A stretch of DNA of 64,000 nt from the NCBI GenBank assembly GCA_943328915.2, contig CALQBW020000004.1, forward strand, positions 379 to 64,378. Direction: 5' to 3'. A program made the translations under genes and the position numbers. This stretch comes from Singulisphaera sp. GP187 (lineage in GTDB: Bacteria > Chloroflexota > Chloroflexia > Chloroflexales > Roseiflexaceae). The number at the start of each line of letters is the position of its first letter. Position 1 is the stretch's first letter. Below the pieces are notes generated by a model. That model saw only the letters and a list, made by a program, of their open reading frames with translations. It ran no database searches and was not told the origin of the DNA. Of this stretch, positions 28,026 through 38,788 are shown piece after piece.

Positions 28026-29051
28026 TTACTTGCCGAGCATACTCAGCAAGGCTGAATCAGTGCTCTGGAGCGGCAAGTCGATGCGGCGGTGTGAACGTGA
28101 TGACTCGTAAGTGGCGAAAATCAATTCAGTAGCGCGCATGGCGTTGTAGACCGACAATTCGGGGCGGCGCCCGTCAATCAATGCGTCAACCAAATCGATA
28201 ACCCCGCGTTTGACGTTTTCATCACCGTGTAACCCTTCGGTGTCGGGGATGATGACCCAATCGGCGTCGCCTTTGCCTTTGACGCGCAAATTTACATTGT
28301 TATCGACGCCCACATCAATGATGCCGTCGCTGCCAATCATACGTAACCCAAAGCGTGGGCCGGCTTGGTACCCCGTACTCATCAATAACGTGACCCCGTT
28401 TTTGAAGCGCGTCAAGCTGACACCATGGCGCTCGATCGCCACACCAAATACCGTTTGGGGATCGCGCAAATCGATTTGGCCAAGCACCCATTCAGCGTCG
28501 GTTTCGTCATTGAAGTAGCAGGCCATATCGTACCAGTGCGTGCCCCAGTCATACATGTTGTCACAAAACGCTTCGATGCGTTCGAGTTTGCCTATTCGAC
28601 CCGAATCAAGCAACGCTTTGCCTGCGCGGAAGGGCGTGCCAAAACGTCGTTGGTGATTGAAGGTGAGTTGGACACCGTTGGCTTCTGCGGCGGCTAGCAT
28701 TGCTTTGCATTCACCCCAGGTGGGAGCCATTGGTTTTTCACAGTGAATTGCTCGCACTTTGGCGTTGGCAACATCGATGACCATTTGGGCATGCATATGC
28801 GGCCAGGTCGAAATACTGACGATATCCAGGTTTTCTTTGGCAAGCATTTCATGGTAATTCGTGTAGATCGTATTACCCCCATGGATTTGACGGAATGCTT
28901 CGGCGTTTTCGGGGACCAAATCGGCCAAGGCGACGATTTGCGCTTTGCCACTGGCACGGTAACCAAAGGCATGTTGATGGGACATCCCAAATCCAGTGGC
29001 GCCTTCGCTCTTCCACGGGCGACCACAACCAATAATTCCTACACGCAACAT
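28026..29051 (-). CDS. Gfo/Idh/MocA family oxidoreductase
   Basis: MLRVGIIGCGRP.. Rossmann start. Start moved to ATG 29051 behind AAGGAGG, 25 nt after the upstream stop. Confidence 0.85.
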   Translation of the reverse strand: MLRVGIIGCGRPWKSEGATGFGMSHQHAFGYRASGKAQIVALADLVPENAEAFRQIHGGNTIYTNYHEMLAKENLDIVSISTWPHMHAQMVIDVANAKVRAIHCEKPMAPTWGECKAMLAAAEANGVQLTFNHQRRFGTPFRAGKALLDSGRIGKLERIEAFCDNMYDWGTHWYDMACYFNDETDAEWVLGQIDLRDPQTVFGVAIERHGVSLTRFKNGVTLLMSTGYQAGPRFGLRMIGSDGIIDVGVDNNVNLRVKGKGDADWVIIPDTEGLHGDENVKRGVIDLVDALIDGRRPELSVYNAMRATELIFATYESSRSHRRIDLPLQSTDSALLSMLGK

Positions 29052-29076
29052 ATCAACCTCCTTGTTGAACACTGAA

Positions 29077-29955
29077 TTACATGCCGAGTGATTGTAAGTA
29101 TTTGCGACTTTGGATCGCACTTTCGAGTGGGGTCGCCAATTGAGTGACGTCAGTTTCGACAATCAACCAACCGTCGAATTTGGCGGCGGTGAGCAACCCA
29201 AAAATCGTGGGGAAGTCGACCATGCCTTGGCCCAGCTCCGTCCATACCCCGATTTTTTCGGCACCACGATAGTCGAGTTGGGTTGAACGAGCTTGGCTCG
29301 CAGCCGCTGCGTTGACATCTTTGAGGTGCATTGTCACGATACGGCTGGCATAGGTTTTCACCATATCGGTTACATCGCCGCCTGCCCAGGCCATATGCCC
29401 AGTATCAGGCCCCAAAGCGAGCACATTGGGGTCGGTATTTCGCATCAAACGATCGAGCTCTGCACGGGTTTCGATGACGCTCCCAACGTGATTGTGGAAT
29501 GCGGCGGTGACGCCATGACGCTTCATCAAGGCACCTACGTCACTAATCGCTTTGATAAATTGAAGCCATTCGGCGTCGCTCATACCATCGGCTTCTGTCA
29601 CATGTCCGGCAGCTTGCATCCGCGAACGACCGTTACGGATGGTTTGGCCTTCGACGTTGGCCGCCACATAACAAGCATCACAACCGATGTCACGGGCAAA
29701 TTCTGCCGATGATTGGGCTTGGGCCATGATGGCATCATATTTGGCCACATCCCAAAAATCAGCTCCAAAATACCCAGGAGCAGCTTGGAGCCGATAGCGT
29801 TGCCACAAGGCAACGCGCTCTGCCACCGAGGTGGCAGGCTTGGGGAAGGCAGGGGCGCCGGCATAGCCTGCCTGCGCAATATCAGCCAACACTTGTTCTT
29901 CGGACACATCACGGGGCCAGGTAATCTGACCACAGCCAATTAACCAATTTGCCAT
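29077..29955 (-). CDS. Sugar phosphate isomerase/epimerase (xylose isomerase-like TIM barrel)
   Basis: 292 aa with ..AFHNHVGSVIE.. and ..VTMHLKD.. motifs typical of the AP-endonuclease-2/xylose-isomerase-like fold. Confidence 0.82.
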   Translation of the reverse strand: MANWLIGCGQITWPRDVSEEQVLADIAQAGYAGAPAFPKPATSVAERVALWQRYRLQAAPGYFGADFWDVAKYDAIMAQAQSSAEFARDIGCDACYVAANVEGQTIRNGRSRMQAAGHVTEADGMSDAEWLQFIKAISDVGALMKRHGVTAAFHNHVGSVIETRAELDRLMRNTDPNVLALGPDTGHMAWAGGDVTDMVKTYASRIVTMHLKDVNAAAASQARSTQLDYRGAEKIGVWTELGQGMVDFPTIFGLLTAAKFDGWLIVETDVTQLATPLESAIQSRKYLQSLGM

Positions 29956-30050
29956 TGCACACCTCTCTGTACGCAGATCTATGTGGGTCGCGGAGTACCG
30001 AATATACGATGCACTGCACGTTGTCCATCATGCAGGTAATCCCAAGTTGC

Positions 30051-31139
30051 CTACTGATAATGGGTCACGAGTTTGGCAAAAACCTGATACGTTTTGACCA
30101 AACCGTCGATATCGACCCATTCTTCGTCTGAATGCAAACCGGCGCCAATCGGGCCACAACAGACCGCTGGGGTACCTTTGGCGCTATAAAATCGAGCATC
30201 AGTCCCAAAATGTTCACGGTAAAAATGTGCCGGCATTCCTACTTCACCCAGCACTTGTGCCAATTGGAGAACTGCGGGGTGGTTGGGGTCAGTATTGAGT
30301 GGCTCACCGGAGCCGAGTAGGGTAACCGTGGCATGTTCGGGGAAGCACGACTTAACAGCCGCCAAAATACTTTCGGCGGCTTCTTCGGGGACACGGCGGA
30401 TGTCGAGGTGCAACGTGACATCTTCCATGATGCGATTCCCGGCTTCACCACCATGAATAATCGTGGGCACCACTGTGGTGACAAAGGCTTCTTCATCGGG
30501 GGTGGGGTAGCGTTTTTCGAGGGCAATCAAGCCATCGCGCAAGGTATGGATGGGATTGCGACCATTCCACGGGCGTGAACCGTGCGCCGGCACGCCGTGG
30601 ATGACCACGTCGATGGGGGCAGCGCCCTTGTGTAAATAACATATATTGAGGTCAGTGGGCTCGGCAGTGATAAAGAAATCACCGGTATATCCGCGGTTGA
30701 GCAGCACATTGGTACCGTGCATGCCGCCAATTTCTTCGTCACTGACAAACTGAAAGTTGACATCTGGTGGATTAGGCAATTGTGCCAAATCGTGGGCCAG
30801 TTGCAACAACACCGCCGCAGCCCCCTTCATGTCTTGAGTGCCGCGGCCATAGATGCGACCATCACGAATCTCGGGTTCGAATTGTTCACCACGGGCAGGC
30901 ACGATATCGAGGTGGGCGTTGAGGATGAGCTTGGCGTGCTTGTTACAACGAAGTGAGTAGACGATGGAGGGTTTGTTGTTGGATGTTTCGTAAAACACTT
31001 TGCCACGCGGGAGGTCACGCAATTTGGCATCGGCATAATCAATCACTGATTGGAGCAAATCTGGGCGATCCAATGTTGAGGGAATGCGCACCAATTCGCA
31101 AGTCATCGTCACCAAGTTATCACGCAGGTTGGTCGTCAT
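30051..31139 (-). CDS. M20 family metallopeptidase (ArgE/DapE-like deacylase)
   Basis: ..[12 protein letters not shown].. and ..FVSDEEIGG.. Start moved to ATG 31139 behind GAGGAGG. It overlaps the rsmI 3' end by 20 nt. Confidence 0.85.
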   Translation of the reverse strand: MTTNLRDNLVTMTCELVRIPSTLDRPDLLQSVIDYADAKLRDLPRGKVFYETSNNKPSIVYSLRCNKHAKLILNAHLDIVPARGEQFEPEIRDGRIYGRGTQDMKGAAAVLLQLAHDLAQLPNPPDVNFQFVSDEEIGGMHGTNVLLNRGYTGDFFITAEPTDLNICYLHKGAAPIDVVIHGVPAHGSRPWNGRNPIHTLRDGLIALEKRYPTPDEEAFVTTVVPTIIHGGEAGNRIMEDVTLHLDIRRVPEEAAESILAAVKSCFPEHATVTLLGSGEPLNTDPNHPAVLQLAQVLGEVGMPAHFYREHFGTDARFYSAKGTPAVCCGPIGAGLHSDEEWVDIDGLVKTYQVFAKLVTHYQ

Positions 31140-31875
31140 CGTAATCCTCCTCTGGATCGGGCACATCATCGTCATCCCGATCGATTCCTTCGACAAATTC
31201 AGGGGGAGCTCCATCGGCGCCACTCACCAACAACACGAATTCCCCTTTGATAGCTTTGCGGCCAAGGTGAATGGCGATTTCGCTGAGCGGTGCCCGCACC
31301 ATCAATTCATAAAATTTGGTCAAATCGTTGGCCAAGGCAGCCGGGCGGTCACCGTACACGACCAAGGCATCGTCAATCAACGCCTTGATGCGGTAGGGAC
31401 TTTCATAAAAAATCAGCGTATGCGGCGTCGCCACATCTTGGGCAAGCCAGCGCCTGCGCGCAGACGATTTGCGGGGAGGGAAACCGCGGTAGGTAAAGGC
31501 GTGCACTGCTAGCCCCGAAATAATCAAGGCAGGAATCAATGCTGCTGGCCCGGGGATGGCAGTAAGCGGCAGCTCGGCAGCAATCACTGCCCGTACCAAC
31601 AAAAACCCAGGATCGGAGATGGCCGGAGTGCCGGCATCGCTTACCAAGGCTACCGATTTGCCGTCACGAATCATCCCCACAATTCGGTCACACATGCGGC
31701 GCTCGTTGTGTTCATGTACGGCAATCAACGGTTTGCGAATGTCGTAGTGTTTGAGCAAAATATGGGTCTTGCGGGTGTCTTCACTAGCGATAACATCGAC
31801 CGTGCGCAATACCTCGAGGGCCCGCATGGTAATATCGCCTAAATTGCCTATTGGCGTTGCAACAAGGTATAGCAT
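31120..31875 (-). CDS. rsmI: 16S rRNA (cytidine1402-2'-O)-methyltransferase
   Basis: [32 protein letters not shown].. with an acidic C-terminal tail. Confidence 0.9.
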   Translation of the reverse strand: MLYLVATPIGNLGDITMRALEVLRTVDVIASEDTRKTHILLKHYDIRKPLIAVHEHNERRMCDRIVGMIRDGKSVALVSDAGTPAISDPGFLLVRAVIAAELPLTAIPGPAALIPALIISGLAVHAFTYRGFPPRKSSARRRWLAQDVATPHTLIFYESPYRIKALIDDALVVYGDRPAALANDLTKFYELMVRAPLSEIAIHLGRKAIKGEFVLLVSGADGAPPEFVEGIDRDDDDVPDPEEDYDDDQPA

Positions 31876-31892
31876 GTGGATATGATACACCA

Positions 31893-31936
31893 AAACAGCG
31901 GATACAGCGTGTGTAATTACGCTGTATCCGCTGTTT
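31893..31936 (-). terminator. Long perfect hairpin between the VOC gene and rsmI (terminator candidate)
   Basis: AAACAGCGGATACAGCGT-N8-ACGCTGTATCCGCTGTTT forms an 18-bp perfect stem. The A/T runs at the stem ends would give a U-rich 3' side on either strand. Confidence 0.55.
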
Positions 31937-32006
31937 GGACGGGTGTTCAGTTATACCAACAGACGGCAACAATGCCATCCGCCGCACACACATCACTGCT
32001 GACACC

Positions 32007-32450
32007 TTAATGCCAGGTTTGCAATTCGATCCCATTGCCTTCGGTGTCGGTCACATAGCACCACGACACTTGGCGCGTACCCGCCGTGGTCGTCACCACA
32101 TCGCCAGTAATCGTGCCTCCCGCCGCCACAATAGCAGCTTGCACCGTGGGAATATCGTCTACTTGGAAGGCAATATGCCCAAAGCCAGTACGGCGTACCG
32201 AGGCAGCGCCTGCTTCAATCAACGGTTCATAACGAAATATCTCGATAGTGGGGCCATCCTCGCCATACCCGGGCAAGCGCACATGCACGCCATTGATGCG
32301 GACAGCGCTGACGCCGAGGGCGCCGTCGATAAGTGGGCCAGACAAATCGCGTTCGGGAGCCAGCAACGTACAACCCATTTGGGCACAATAAAACGCCGCC
32401 AAGGCTCGCCAATCACGCGCCACAATATTGATATGCCCAAATCGCATCAT
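32007..32450 (-). CDS. VOC (glyoxalase/bleomycin-resistance) family protein
   Basis: MMRFGHINIVARDW.. and ..FGHIAFQVDD.. paired beta-alpha-beta-beta-beta modules. Start moved to ATG 32450 behind AGAGG. Confidence 0.8.
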   Translation of the reverse strand: MMRFGHINIVARDWRALAAFYCAQMGCTLLAPERDLSGPLIDGALGVSAVRINGVHVRLPGYGEDGPTIEIFRYEPLIEAGAASVRRTGFGHIAFQVDDIPTVQAAIVAAGGTITGDVVTTTAGTRQVSWCYVTDTEGNGIELQTWH

Positions 32451-32519
32451 TGACCTCTTTTTCTTTTTTTGTCCAAAAATGCGCCGCATCAGCTGATACG
32501 GCGCATCGTTCACCAACGG

Positions 32520-34274
32520 TTATTTGGCTTGTAGGCGGGCTAATTCGTCGACCGCAACACTTTCGTCGAGCTTTCGGAATAACGGTGCAGGGTCGCGCAA
32601 ACTAACCCCTGGCACTAATTCACTCATCTGCCAGCGCGCTGCAATGGCGTATTGGCCGGTCAACACCGGACGTTGGGCGCCATCGGGATCGAGTTCGTAT
32701 TCGATTTGCGGTTGGGGGGCAATTGCATCGTCATACCCCAGCATCTGGTGGAGTTTTTGACTTGCGTGGGGCATGATGGGTGAAAAGAGACGATTCAATG
32801 TGTCAATTACTTTGAGCGCTACAAAAATGACCGTAGCGGCGCGCTCACTATCAACCTTGACGACCTTCCATGGCTCTTGTTCACTCAAATACTGGTTGGC
32901 CGTCTGGGCAAGGGCCATCGTTTCTTGCAAGGCGCTACGTAGTTTCACCGCTTCATAGAGTTCTGTGACACACGCAAAGCCTTCCTCAATGGTATTGAGG
33001 AGCGTTGTATCTGCTCCTTTCAGTTCATGTGGCGTCGGCACACCGCCAAAGTTGCGTTGGGCGATGGTCAGCACGCGGTTCGCCAGATTGCCCCATGTAG
33101 CGACTAATTCGCTGTTGGTGCGTTGCACAAATTCGGTCCAGCTCCAGTTGCTATCACGGCCTTCGGGGGCAGCAGCCGTCAGATAATAGCGCACCAGATC
33201 AGGCTCGTAACGCGACATGATGTCGGGCATCCACAAGGCCCAGTTTTGGCTCGTGCTCATCTTTTGGCCTTCGAGATTGAGGAATTCGTTGGCGGGCACG
33301 TCGTACGGCAAGGCCCGATCACCATACCCCAGCAACATCGCTGGCCAGATGATGGTGTGGAAAGGAATATTGTCTTTGCCGATAAAGTAGTAGCTGCGCT
33401 GGGCACTGGCTGGATCCCACCATTTACGCCAGGCCTCGGGCTGGCCGGTGCGTTTAGCCCATTCGAGTGAAGCCGAATAGTAGCCGATTACCGCATCAAA
33501 CCATACATATATCCGCTTGTCGGCAAACCCGTCTACATTCCCTGGCACGGGTACGCCCCATTCGAGGTCGCGGGTGATGGCGCGACCGTGCAACCCTTCG
33601 CGGAGCCAGTTTTGAGTAAATTGCATGGTATTGGAGCGCCAATAATCACGGTTACTCGAATCGAGCCATGTACGCAGCGCCGGTTCGAGTTTTGCCAAAT
33701 CAATGAAAAAATGCTCCGTATCACGGAAAATTACCGGCGCGCCATCGAGCGTCGAGCGCGGTGAACCCAACTCCTTGGGGTCGCGCAACTGACCACATTT
33801 GTCACATTGGTCACCACGCGCCTTGGCATAATTACAGTTGGGACAGGTGCCTTCGACAAAGCGATCAGGTAGGAAGCGTTGCAACGATTCGCTATAGGAA
33901 CCGATAGCAATTTCACGGTAGATATAGCCTTTGGTTTGGAGCTTCTCAAAAATATCGGTGGTGGCCGCATAATGGTTGGTGGTGTAGGTCTGAGTAAACA
34001 AATCGAAGGTGATACCCATGGCGTGCAATGTTTCGATGAAGCTCTGATGGTAGCGATTGATGATGGTCTGAGGCGTCACGCCTTCTTTTTCGGCGGCTAA
34101 GGTGATGGGGGTACCATGACAATCCGACCCCGACACCATCAATACTTGGCGGCCACGCAAGCGTTGGTACCGTGCAAAGATGTCTGCTGGCAGGTAGGCT
34201 CCAGCCATGTGACCGACATGAAAAGGGCCGTTGGCATATGGCCATGCGACAGAAACGAGAATATGCTCAGACAT
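32520..34274 (-). CDS. metG: Methionine--tRNA ligase
   Basis: ..WPYANGPFHVGHMAG.. (HIGH-type), ..KMSTSQ.. (KMSKS-type) and zinc knuckle CPNC..CDKCG. 584 aa. Confidence 0.96.
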   Translation of the reverse strand: MSEHILVSVAWPYANGPFHVGHMAGAYLPADIFARYQRLRGRQVLMVSGSDCHGTPITLAAEKEGVTPQTIINRYHQSFIETLHAMGITFDLFTQTYTTNHYAATTDIFEKLQTKGYIYREIAIGSYSESLQRFLPDRFVEGTCPNCNYAKARGDQCDKCGQLRDPKELGSPRSTLDGAPVIFRDTEHFFIDLAKLEPALRTWLDSSNRDYWRSNTMQFTQNWLREGLHGRAITRDLEWGVPVPGNVDGFADKRIYVWFDAVIGYYSASLEWAKRTGQPEAWRKWWDPASAQRSYYFIGKDNIPFHTIIWPAMLLGYGDRALPYDVPANEFLNLEGQKMSTSQNWALWMPDIMSRYEPDLVRYYLTAAAPEGRDSNWSWTEFVQRTNSELVATWGNLANRVLTIAQRNFGGVPTPHELKGADTTLLNTIEEGFACVTELYEAVKLRSALQETMALAQTANQYLSEQEPWKVVKVDSERAATVIFVALKVIDTLNRLFSPIMPHASQKLHQMLGYDDAIAPQPQIEYELDPDGAQRPVLTGQYAIAARWQMSELVPGVSLRDPAPLFRKLDESVAVDELARLQAK

Positions 34275-34293
34275 TTATTCCTCCAAACTGAAT

Positions 34294-34330
34294 AAAAATA
34301 AAAAACCGCAGGTACACATGTACCCGCGGT
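34294..34330 (-). terminator. Intrinsic terminator inside the metG 5' leader (attenuator)
   Basis: Minus-strand RNA ACCGCGGGUACA-UG-UGUACCUGCGGU followed by UUUUUUAUUUUUAUU, about 20-25 nt upstream of the metG ATG. The one imperfect pair is G.U on the minus strand but A-C on the plus strand. Confidence 0.65.
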
Positions 34331-34497
34331 GCGCTTGGGTGGCAAAGCCACTACCAATTACACGCGGGACAAGGCATCTGCACCATTTGGGTTACCAATT
34401 GAATATGCACAACACTAATACCATCTATTGAACTTAACAATCAAAATATACCACGAAAACAACCATTCGTGCAACGACGGCAGCGCGGACATTTCGT

Positions 34498-34506
34498 TGG
34501 TATACT
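34498..34506 (+). promoter_or_regulatory. Candidate extended -10 element TGGTATACT for the MFS gene
   Basis: Located 32 nt upstream of ATG 34539. Confidence 0.3.
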
Positions 34507-34538
34507 ACATTATTATCTATTTACGCTAAGGGGGCCAT

Positions 34539-35708
34539 GTGCAGCAGGTCAAACCATGGAATCATCGCACCGTCTATGTATTGATTTATTCTATTTTTGT
34601 CTTCTTTGGGATTACGATGGGCGCCAATGGGGTGCTCTGGGCCGAAATTCTGCCTGCCTTACATATGGGCGAGGCCATGTTTGGCTCACTCACACTCATT
34701 TCACCTTTTATATCGATATTTATCTTATTGTTTGCCGGTCAATTCGTCGAGCGCGTCGGCAAACACCATAGCATGACGTTTGGATTGATCATGCTGGTTG
34801 TCGCTTCACTCGGCCTTTCATATGCCCGCACACCCTTACATTTTGGTTTCGTTCAAGCGTTGTATGGTATCGGCTATGGTACGGTTGAATTATCCGTCAA
34901 CAGCGTCACCTTGGACTGGGAACGTGAACGCAACACCACTGTGATGAACAAAGTCCATGCGGCGTTTTGTATCGGTGCCGTATTTAGTTCATTGATTACC
35001 GGGCAATTCCTAGGTATGGGGTTAACATACCAGATGATTTTGCAGATTATCGTAGCCATCGGGGCAGTCATCGTTATCATTAACCAATTCGTGCCTTACC
35101 CACCCAGCCATATCGAAGAAGGCGTAGCCGGGGCGGGAGCCGCCATCCGGTTGCTCATCCACAATCCGATTGTGCTTACTTTGGGAATGATAGGCTTTTT
35201 TACCGCTTTTGGAGAAGGATTAGCGCTCAATTGGTCCGTGTTGCACCTACGTGATTTAGGGGCCACCGCGTTTATTGGTGGAGCGGGCTTTGCAGTTTTC
35301 AATACGGTGATGTTTATCGGGCGGATAACGAACAACGCCGTGGTAACACGCTTTGGCGTCGTGCAGTCAGTCGTTTTTTCGGCGATCGCCATTACCGTCG
35401 CCGGCGTCGTAATCGCTTTTACCAGTAATTTGTGGTTTGCAGTGATTGCCTTGGGAATCCTGGGGTTCGGTGTCGCGGGACCAATCCCCACCACATTGAC
35501 CGCCGGCGCGCAATTGGTTCCCGGGCAAAACAGTGCCTTGTCGGGGGCCTTGATGTCAATGTGCTATGTCTCGTTTATGGTAGGACCACCGTTGATTGGG
35601 ATTATTGCCGAAAAAACAACGCTACATCAAGCACTGTACGCAACAATTGTTGTAGGGGTTTGTTTGTTTTTGTTTGCACGCCGTCTGGCATCTATTACGC
35701 AACACTAA
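34539..35708 (+). CDS. MFS transporter
   Basis: 389 aa, about 12 TM segments, with SD AAGGGGG before the ATG. Confidence 0.85.
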   Translation: MQQVKPWNHRTVYVLIYSIFVFFGITMGANGVLWAEILPALHMGEAMFGSLTLISPFISIFILLFAGQFVERVGKHHSMTFGLIMLVVASLGLSYARTPLHFGFVQALYGIGYGTVELSVNSVTLDWERERNTTVMNKVHAAFCIGAVFSSLITGQFLGMGLTYQMILQIIVAIGAVIVIINQFVPYPPSHIEEGVAGAGAAIRLLIHNPIVLTLGMIGFFTAFGEGLALNWSVLHLRDLGATAFIGGAGFAVFNTVMFIGRITNNAVVTRFGVVQSVVFSAIAITVAGVVIAFTSNLWFAVIALGILGFGVAGPIPTTLTAGAQLVPGQNSALSGALMSMCYVSFMVGPPLIGIIAEKTTLHQALYATIVVGVCLFLFARRLASITQH

Positions 35709-35796
35709 GCAGTCCAAACCAACCCGTAACTATTTATTCGAGCCGCTCATGATATTCACGAAACGCATGCGCTAAACCCATTAATTGGGAGCAACC

Positions 35797-37146
35797 ATGA
35801 CAAATACACATCTACGCCGTCTTGGATATCACGTACTGTGGTTTTTTTTGGTGTGGGTGATGGTTGTATGTGGGACATCTTCACCAAGTTCAACACAGAC
35901 TCCTGCACCCGTGCCTTCAACATCAACCCTAGTCACCACTACCGTAACTCCAGTTGCGACCAAAATTGCAATGGTTCAAACACCAACATTGGCTCCGTTC
36001 TCCGCTATCCAACGTGAGAAAATGTTTGATGAACTTTGGAATACTGTAAATGATCATTATGTCTATCGCGATTTCCGTGGAGTTGATTGGGTGGCAATCC
36101 ATACGAAATATCGCGAACGCGTATTGAATGCACCTGACACTGCACATTTTTATGCGATTCTCAAAGAAGCCATTGATCTCCTGAACGACGATCATAGTCG
36201 TTTTGATGACCCCCAAGATGCATCATTAAATGATGCGCTGTATAGTGGCGAAGCCGGATATGCGGGCATTGGCATAATGATTCGCGAACTCGATACAGGG
36301 CTGCTAATCACCAGAGTTGCGCATAATGGCCCAGCAGAGCACGCAGGGTTGCGTACCTATGATGTCATCACCGCCATAGGTTCTACGTTGGTTACGACTA
36401 CCTATGCCCTAGGTGAAGATGGCTATAGCAACTTACTCCGTGGAGAAATTGGCAGCAACGTCTCGCTCACAATCCGCCGTGGAAACGATGCACCATACCA
36501 ACGCACAATCACACGCAATGCGATCGCTGGGGATGCGTTCCCCGAAGCAGTGGCAAGTATGCTTACGGACGGGACCGTTTTACTCACCATTGATTCTTTT
36601 GATCGAGATGGCTTAGCCGAAATCGTCAAACATGCCCTCCGTGAAGCGTATACCCAAACCCAACCGACTGGACTAATCATCGACATCCGCAAAAACGGAG
36701 GTGGAAGTATCGAAGCAATGCTTGATGTACTTGGACTCTTCCATGATGGGGGAACAATTGGTGAGCAAGTTGACCACAACAACACCTATCCACTCTTGGT
36801 CCCCAAGAATAAATGTTTGCCACCTTTCGACCATTTACCCATTGCAGTACTGACGAGTCACGACACCGCAAGTGCTGCAGAAATGTTTACGGCTGGGCTC
36901 CGCCACCTACGTGCTATTACCGTCGTGGGTGAGACAACCGCCGGTAATAGTGAAAATCTCTACCCATATGACTTTGATGATGGCTCGGTGCTATGGCTTG
37001 CCGAGCTCCTCTACCGTCAACCCAATGGCGCTTATATCGATAACATAGGTGTCATTCCTGACATCCGCATAACAGATGCCTGGGATGATCTAAATCCTGC
37101 AAACGACATGTTTATCATTACAGCGCAACGAGCACTTGACAAATAG
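35797..37146 (+). CDS. S41 family C-terminal processing peptidase with PDZ domain
   Basis: N-terminal TM/signal segment, PDZ ..GIGIMIRELDTGLLITRVAHNGPAEHAGL.., ..IIDIRKNGGGS.. and ..TASAAEMF.. Start moved to ATG 35797 behind GGGAG. Confidence 0.88.
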   Translation: MTNTHLRRLGYHVLWFFLVWVMVVCGTSSPSSTQTPAPVPSTSTLVTTTVTPVATKIAMVQTPTLAPFSAIQREKMFDELWNTVNDHYVYRDFRGVDWVAIHTKYRERVLNAPDTAHFYAILKEAIDLLNDDHSRFDDPQDASLNDALYSGEAGYAGIGIMIRELDTGLLITRVAHNGPAEHAGLRTYDVITAIGSTLVTTTYALGEDGYSNLLRGEIGSNVSLTIRRGNDAPYQRTITRNAIAGDAFPEAVASMLTDGTVLLTIDSFDRDGLAEIVKHALREAYTQTQPTGLIIDIRKNGGGSIEAMLDVLGLFHDGGTIGEQVDHNNTYPLLVPKNKCLPPFDHLPIAVLTSHDTASAAEMFTAGLRHLRAITVVGETTAGNSENLYPYDFDDGSVLWLAELLYRQPNGAYIDNIGVIPDIRITDAWDDLNPANDMFIITAQRALDK

Positions 37147-37275
37147 AATAGTCTTCAGTCTTACTCATTTCGTCGTTCATTTGGTTAAACCATTTAAATC
37201 ACCACAATCAATCCGACATTTTTGACGGAGCAGAAATTGGCAGTTGTTTTCTTTTGACATACACAATGCGAACAA

Positions 37276-37310
37276 ACCAAAAATAACGCCGCAGTCGTTA
37301 TGACTGCGGC
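37276..37310 (-). terminator. Intrinsic terminator downstream of gatA
   Basis: Minus-strand RNA GCCGCAGUC-AUAAC-GACUGCGGC followed by GUUAUUUUUGGUUUG. Confidence 0.6.
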
Positions 37311-37328
37311 ATGTGACATCGAATCGAT

Positions 37329-38783
37329 TTAGGGGCGTCGAGTATGCCAATTGGTTGCACCTTGATAGGTATCGGCAACTCGTAATAATTCTGATTCGGC
37401 AAACGCTTGACCGATTAGTTGCAATCCTATGGGTAAGCCATTGTCAAACCCACATGGCACAGAAATGCCAGGCAAACCTGCGAGACTGACTGGCAGGGTA
37501 CATACGTCTTGAAGATACATCGCCACCGGATCAGCACTGTTTTCACCGAATTTGAACGCCACATTGGGTGATGTTGGGGCGGCAATGACATCGACGTCTG
37601 CGAATGCATGGGTAAAATCTTGGCGAATCAAGGTTCGTACTTGTTGGGCGCGTTTGTAGAATGCGTCATAGTAGCCAGCAGACAATACATAGGTACCAAG
37701 CATGATGCGTCGGCGAACTTCTGGGCCAAACAAATCACCCCGGGTTTGATCAAGCGCATCACGATAGCTATCGCCATCACTGCGTGGGCCATACCGAACG
37801 CCATCAAAACGCGCTAAATTGGATGATGCTTCAGCCGTCGCGACGATGTAGTAAACGGGCAATGCATGGGGGCTGTTGGGTAACGAAATGTCTTTGATTA
37901 TCGCGCCGAGATCTTGCAAGACGCGAATTGACTCGCGTACAGCTTGTTCGGTGCCTTTTTGCATCCCTTCAACGAACAATTCGCGAGGGATCCCTACGCG
38001 GAGCCCTTTGAGTGAACCACCTAGCCCCGCCACATAATCCGGTACCAGAGTCGGTGCAGACGTTGCATCATATCCATCATGACCCGCAATCGCGTTCAGC
38101 ATCATGGCACAATCTCGAGCCGTCCATGCCATAGGTCCAATTTGGTCGAGGGAAGAAGCAAAAGCAATCAATCCATAGCGAGAAACGCGACCATAGGTCG
38201 GTTTGAGCCCAGTAATACCGCACAACGAAGCAGGTTGGCGAATGCTTCCGCCGGTGTCGGTACCCAAAGTACCAGCTGCCAAACCAGCAGCCACTGCAGC
38301 AGCAGAGCCGCCACTAGAACCGCCGGGCACATAATCAGAATTCCACGGATTACGGGTCAACTGATACGCACTGTTTTCGGTTGAGGAACCCATGGCAATT
38401 TCATCACAATTGAGCTTTCCCAGTAACACCGCCCCTTGGGATTTGAGGCGTGCGACAGCAGTGGCATCATATGGCGGCCGGTAGTTTTCAAGCACTTTAG
38501 AGCCGCTGGTAGTAGGCAATCCAGTGGTCGACAACACATCTTTGATTCCTAAAGGAATACCAAGCATGCCACCACGCTCACCGGCACGGATTCGTGCATC
38601 TGCAGCGATGGCTTGTTGGCGAGCACCATCAGTGTCAACATATAAATATGCACCAACGGTTACGTCATTGCTGGTAATACGGGCTAACATTGCGTCGGTG
38701 ATTTGCGCCGCAGAGATATCGCCAGCATCTAGGTGGGTACGCATTTCGGAAATTGTGAGGTTATGGAGTTCGTTTGGTTTCAT
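37329..38783 (-). CDS. gatA: Glutamyl-tRNA(Gln)/aspartyl-tRNA(Asn) amidotransferase subunit A
   Basis: Amidase signature ..[14 protein letters not shown].. Start moved to ATG 38783 (the track start 38792 is TTG). Confidence 0.95.
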   Translation of the reverse strand: MKPNELHNLTISEMRTHLDAGDISAAQITDAMLARITSNDVTVGAYLYVDTDGARQQAIAADARIRAGERGGMLGIPLGIKDVLSTTGLPTTSGSKVLENYRPPYDATAVARLKSQGAVLLGKLNCDEIAMGSSTENSAYQLTRNPWNSDYVPGGSSGGSAAAVAAGLAAGTLGTDTGGSIRQPASLCGITGLKPTYGRVSRYGLIAFASSLDQIGPMAWTARDCAMMLNAIAGHDGYDATSAPTLVPDYVAGLGGSLKGLRVGIPRELFVEGMQKGTEQAVRESIRVLQDLGAIIKDISLPNSPHALPVYYIVATAEASSNLARFDGVRYGPRSDGDSYRDALDQTRGDLFGPEVRRRIMLGTYVLSAGYYDAFYKRAQQVRTLIRQDFTHAFADVDVIAAPTSPNVAFKFGENSADPVAMYLQDVCTLPVSLAGLPGISVPCGFDNGLPIGLQLIGQAFAESELLRVADTYQGATNWHTRRP

Positions 38784-38788
38784 CGTCT

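Noticed and set aside
34275-34530. Calling the metG leader a canonical T-box or a SAM riboswitch.
   Set aside because: I could not find the conserved T-box 14-mer (..GGGUGGNACCGCG..), the Stem I AG/GNUGGA boxes or a clear specifier loop, nor any SAM-riboswitch core. It is reported only as an attenuator with a T-box-like antiterminator possibility.
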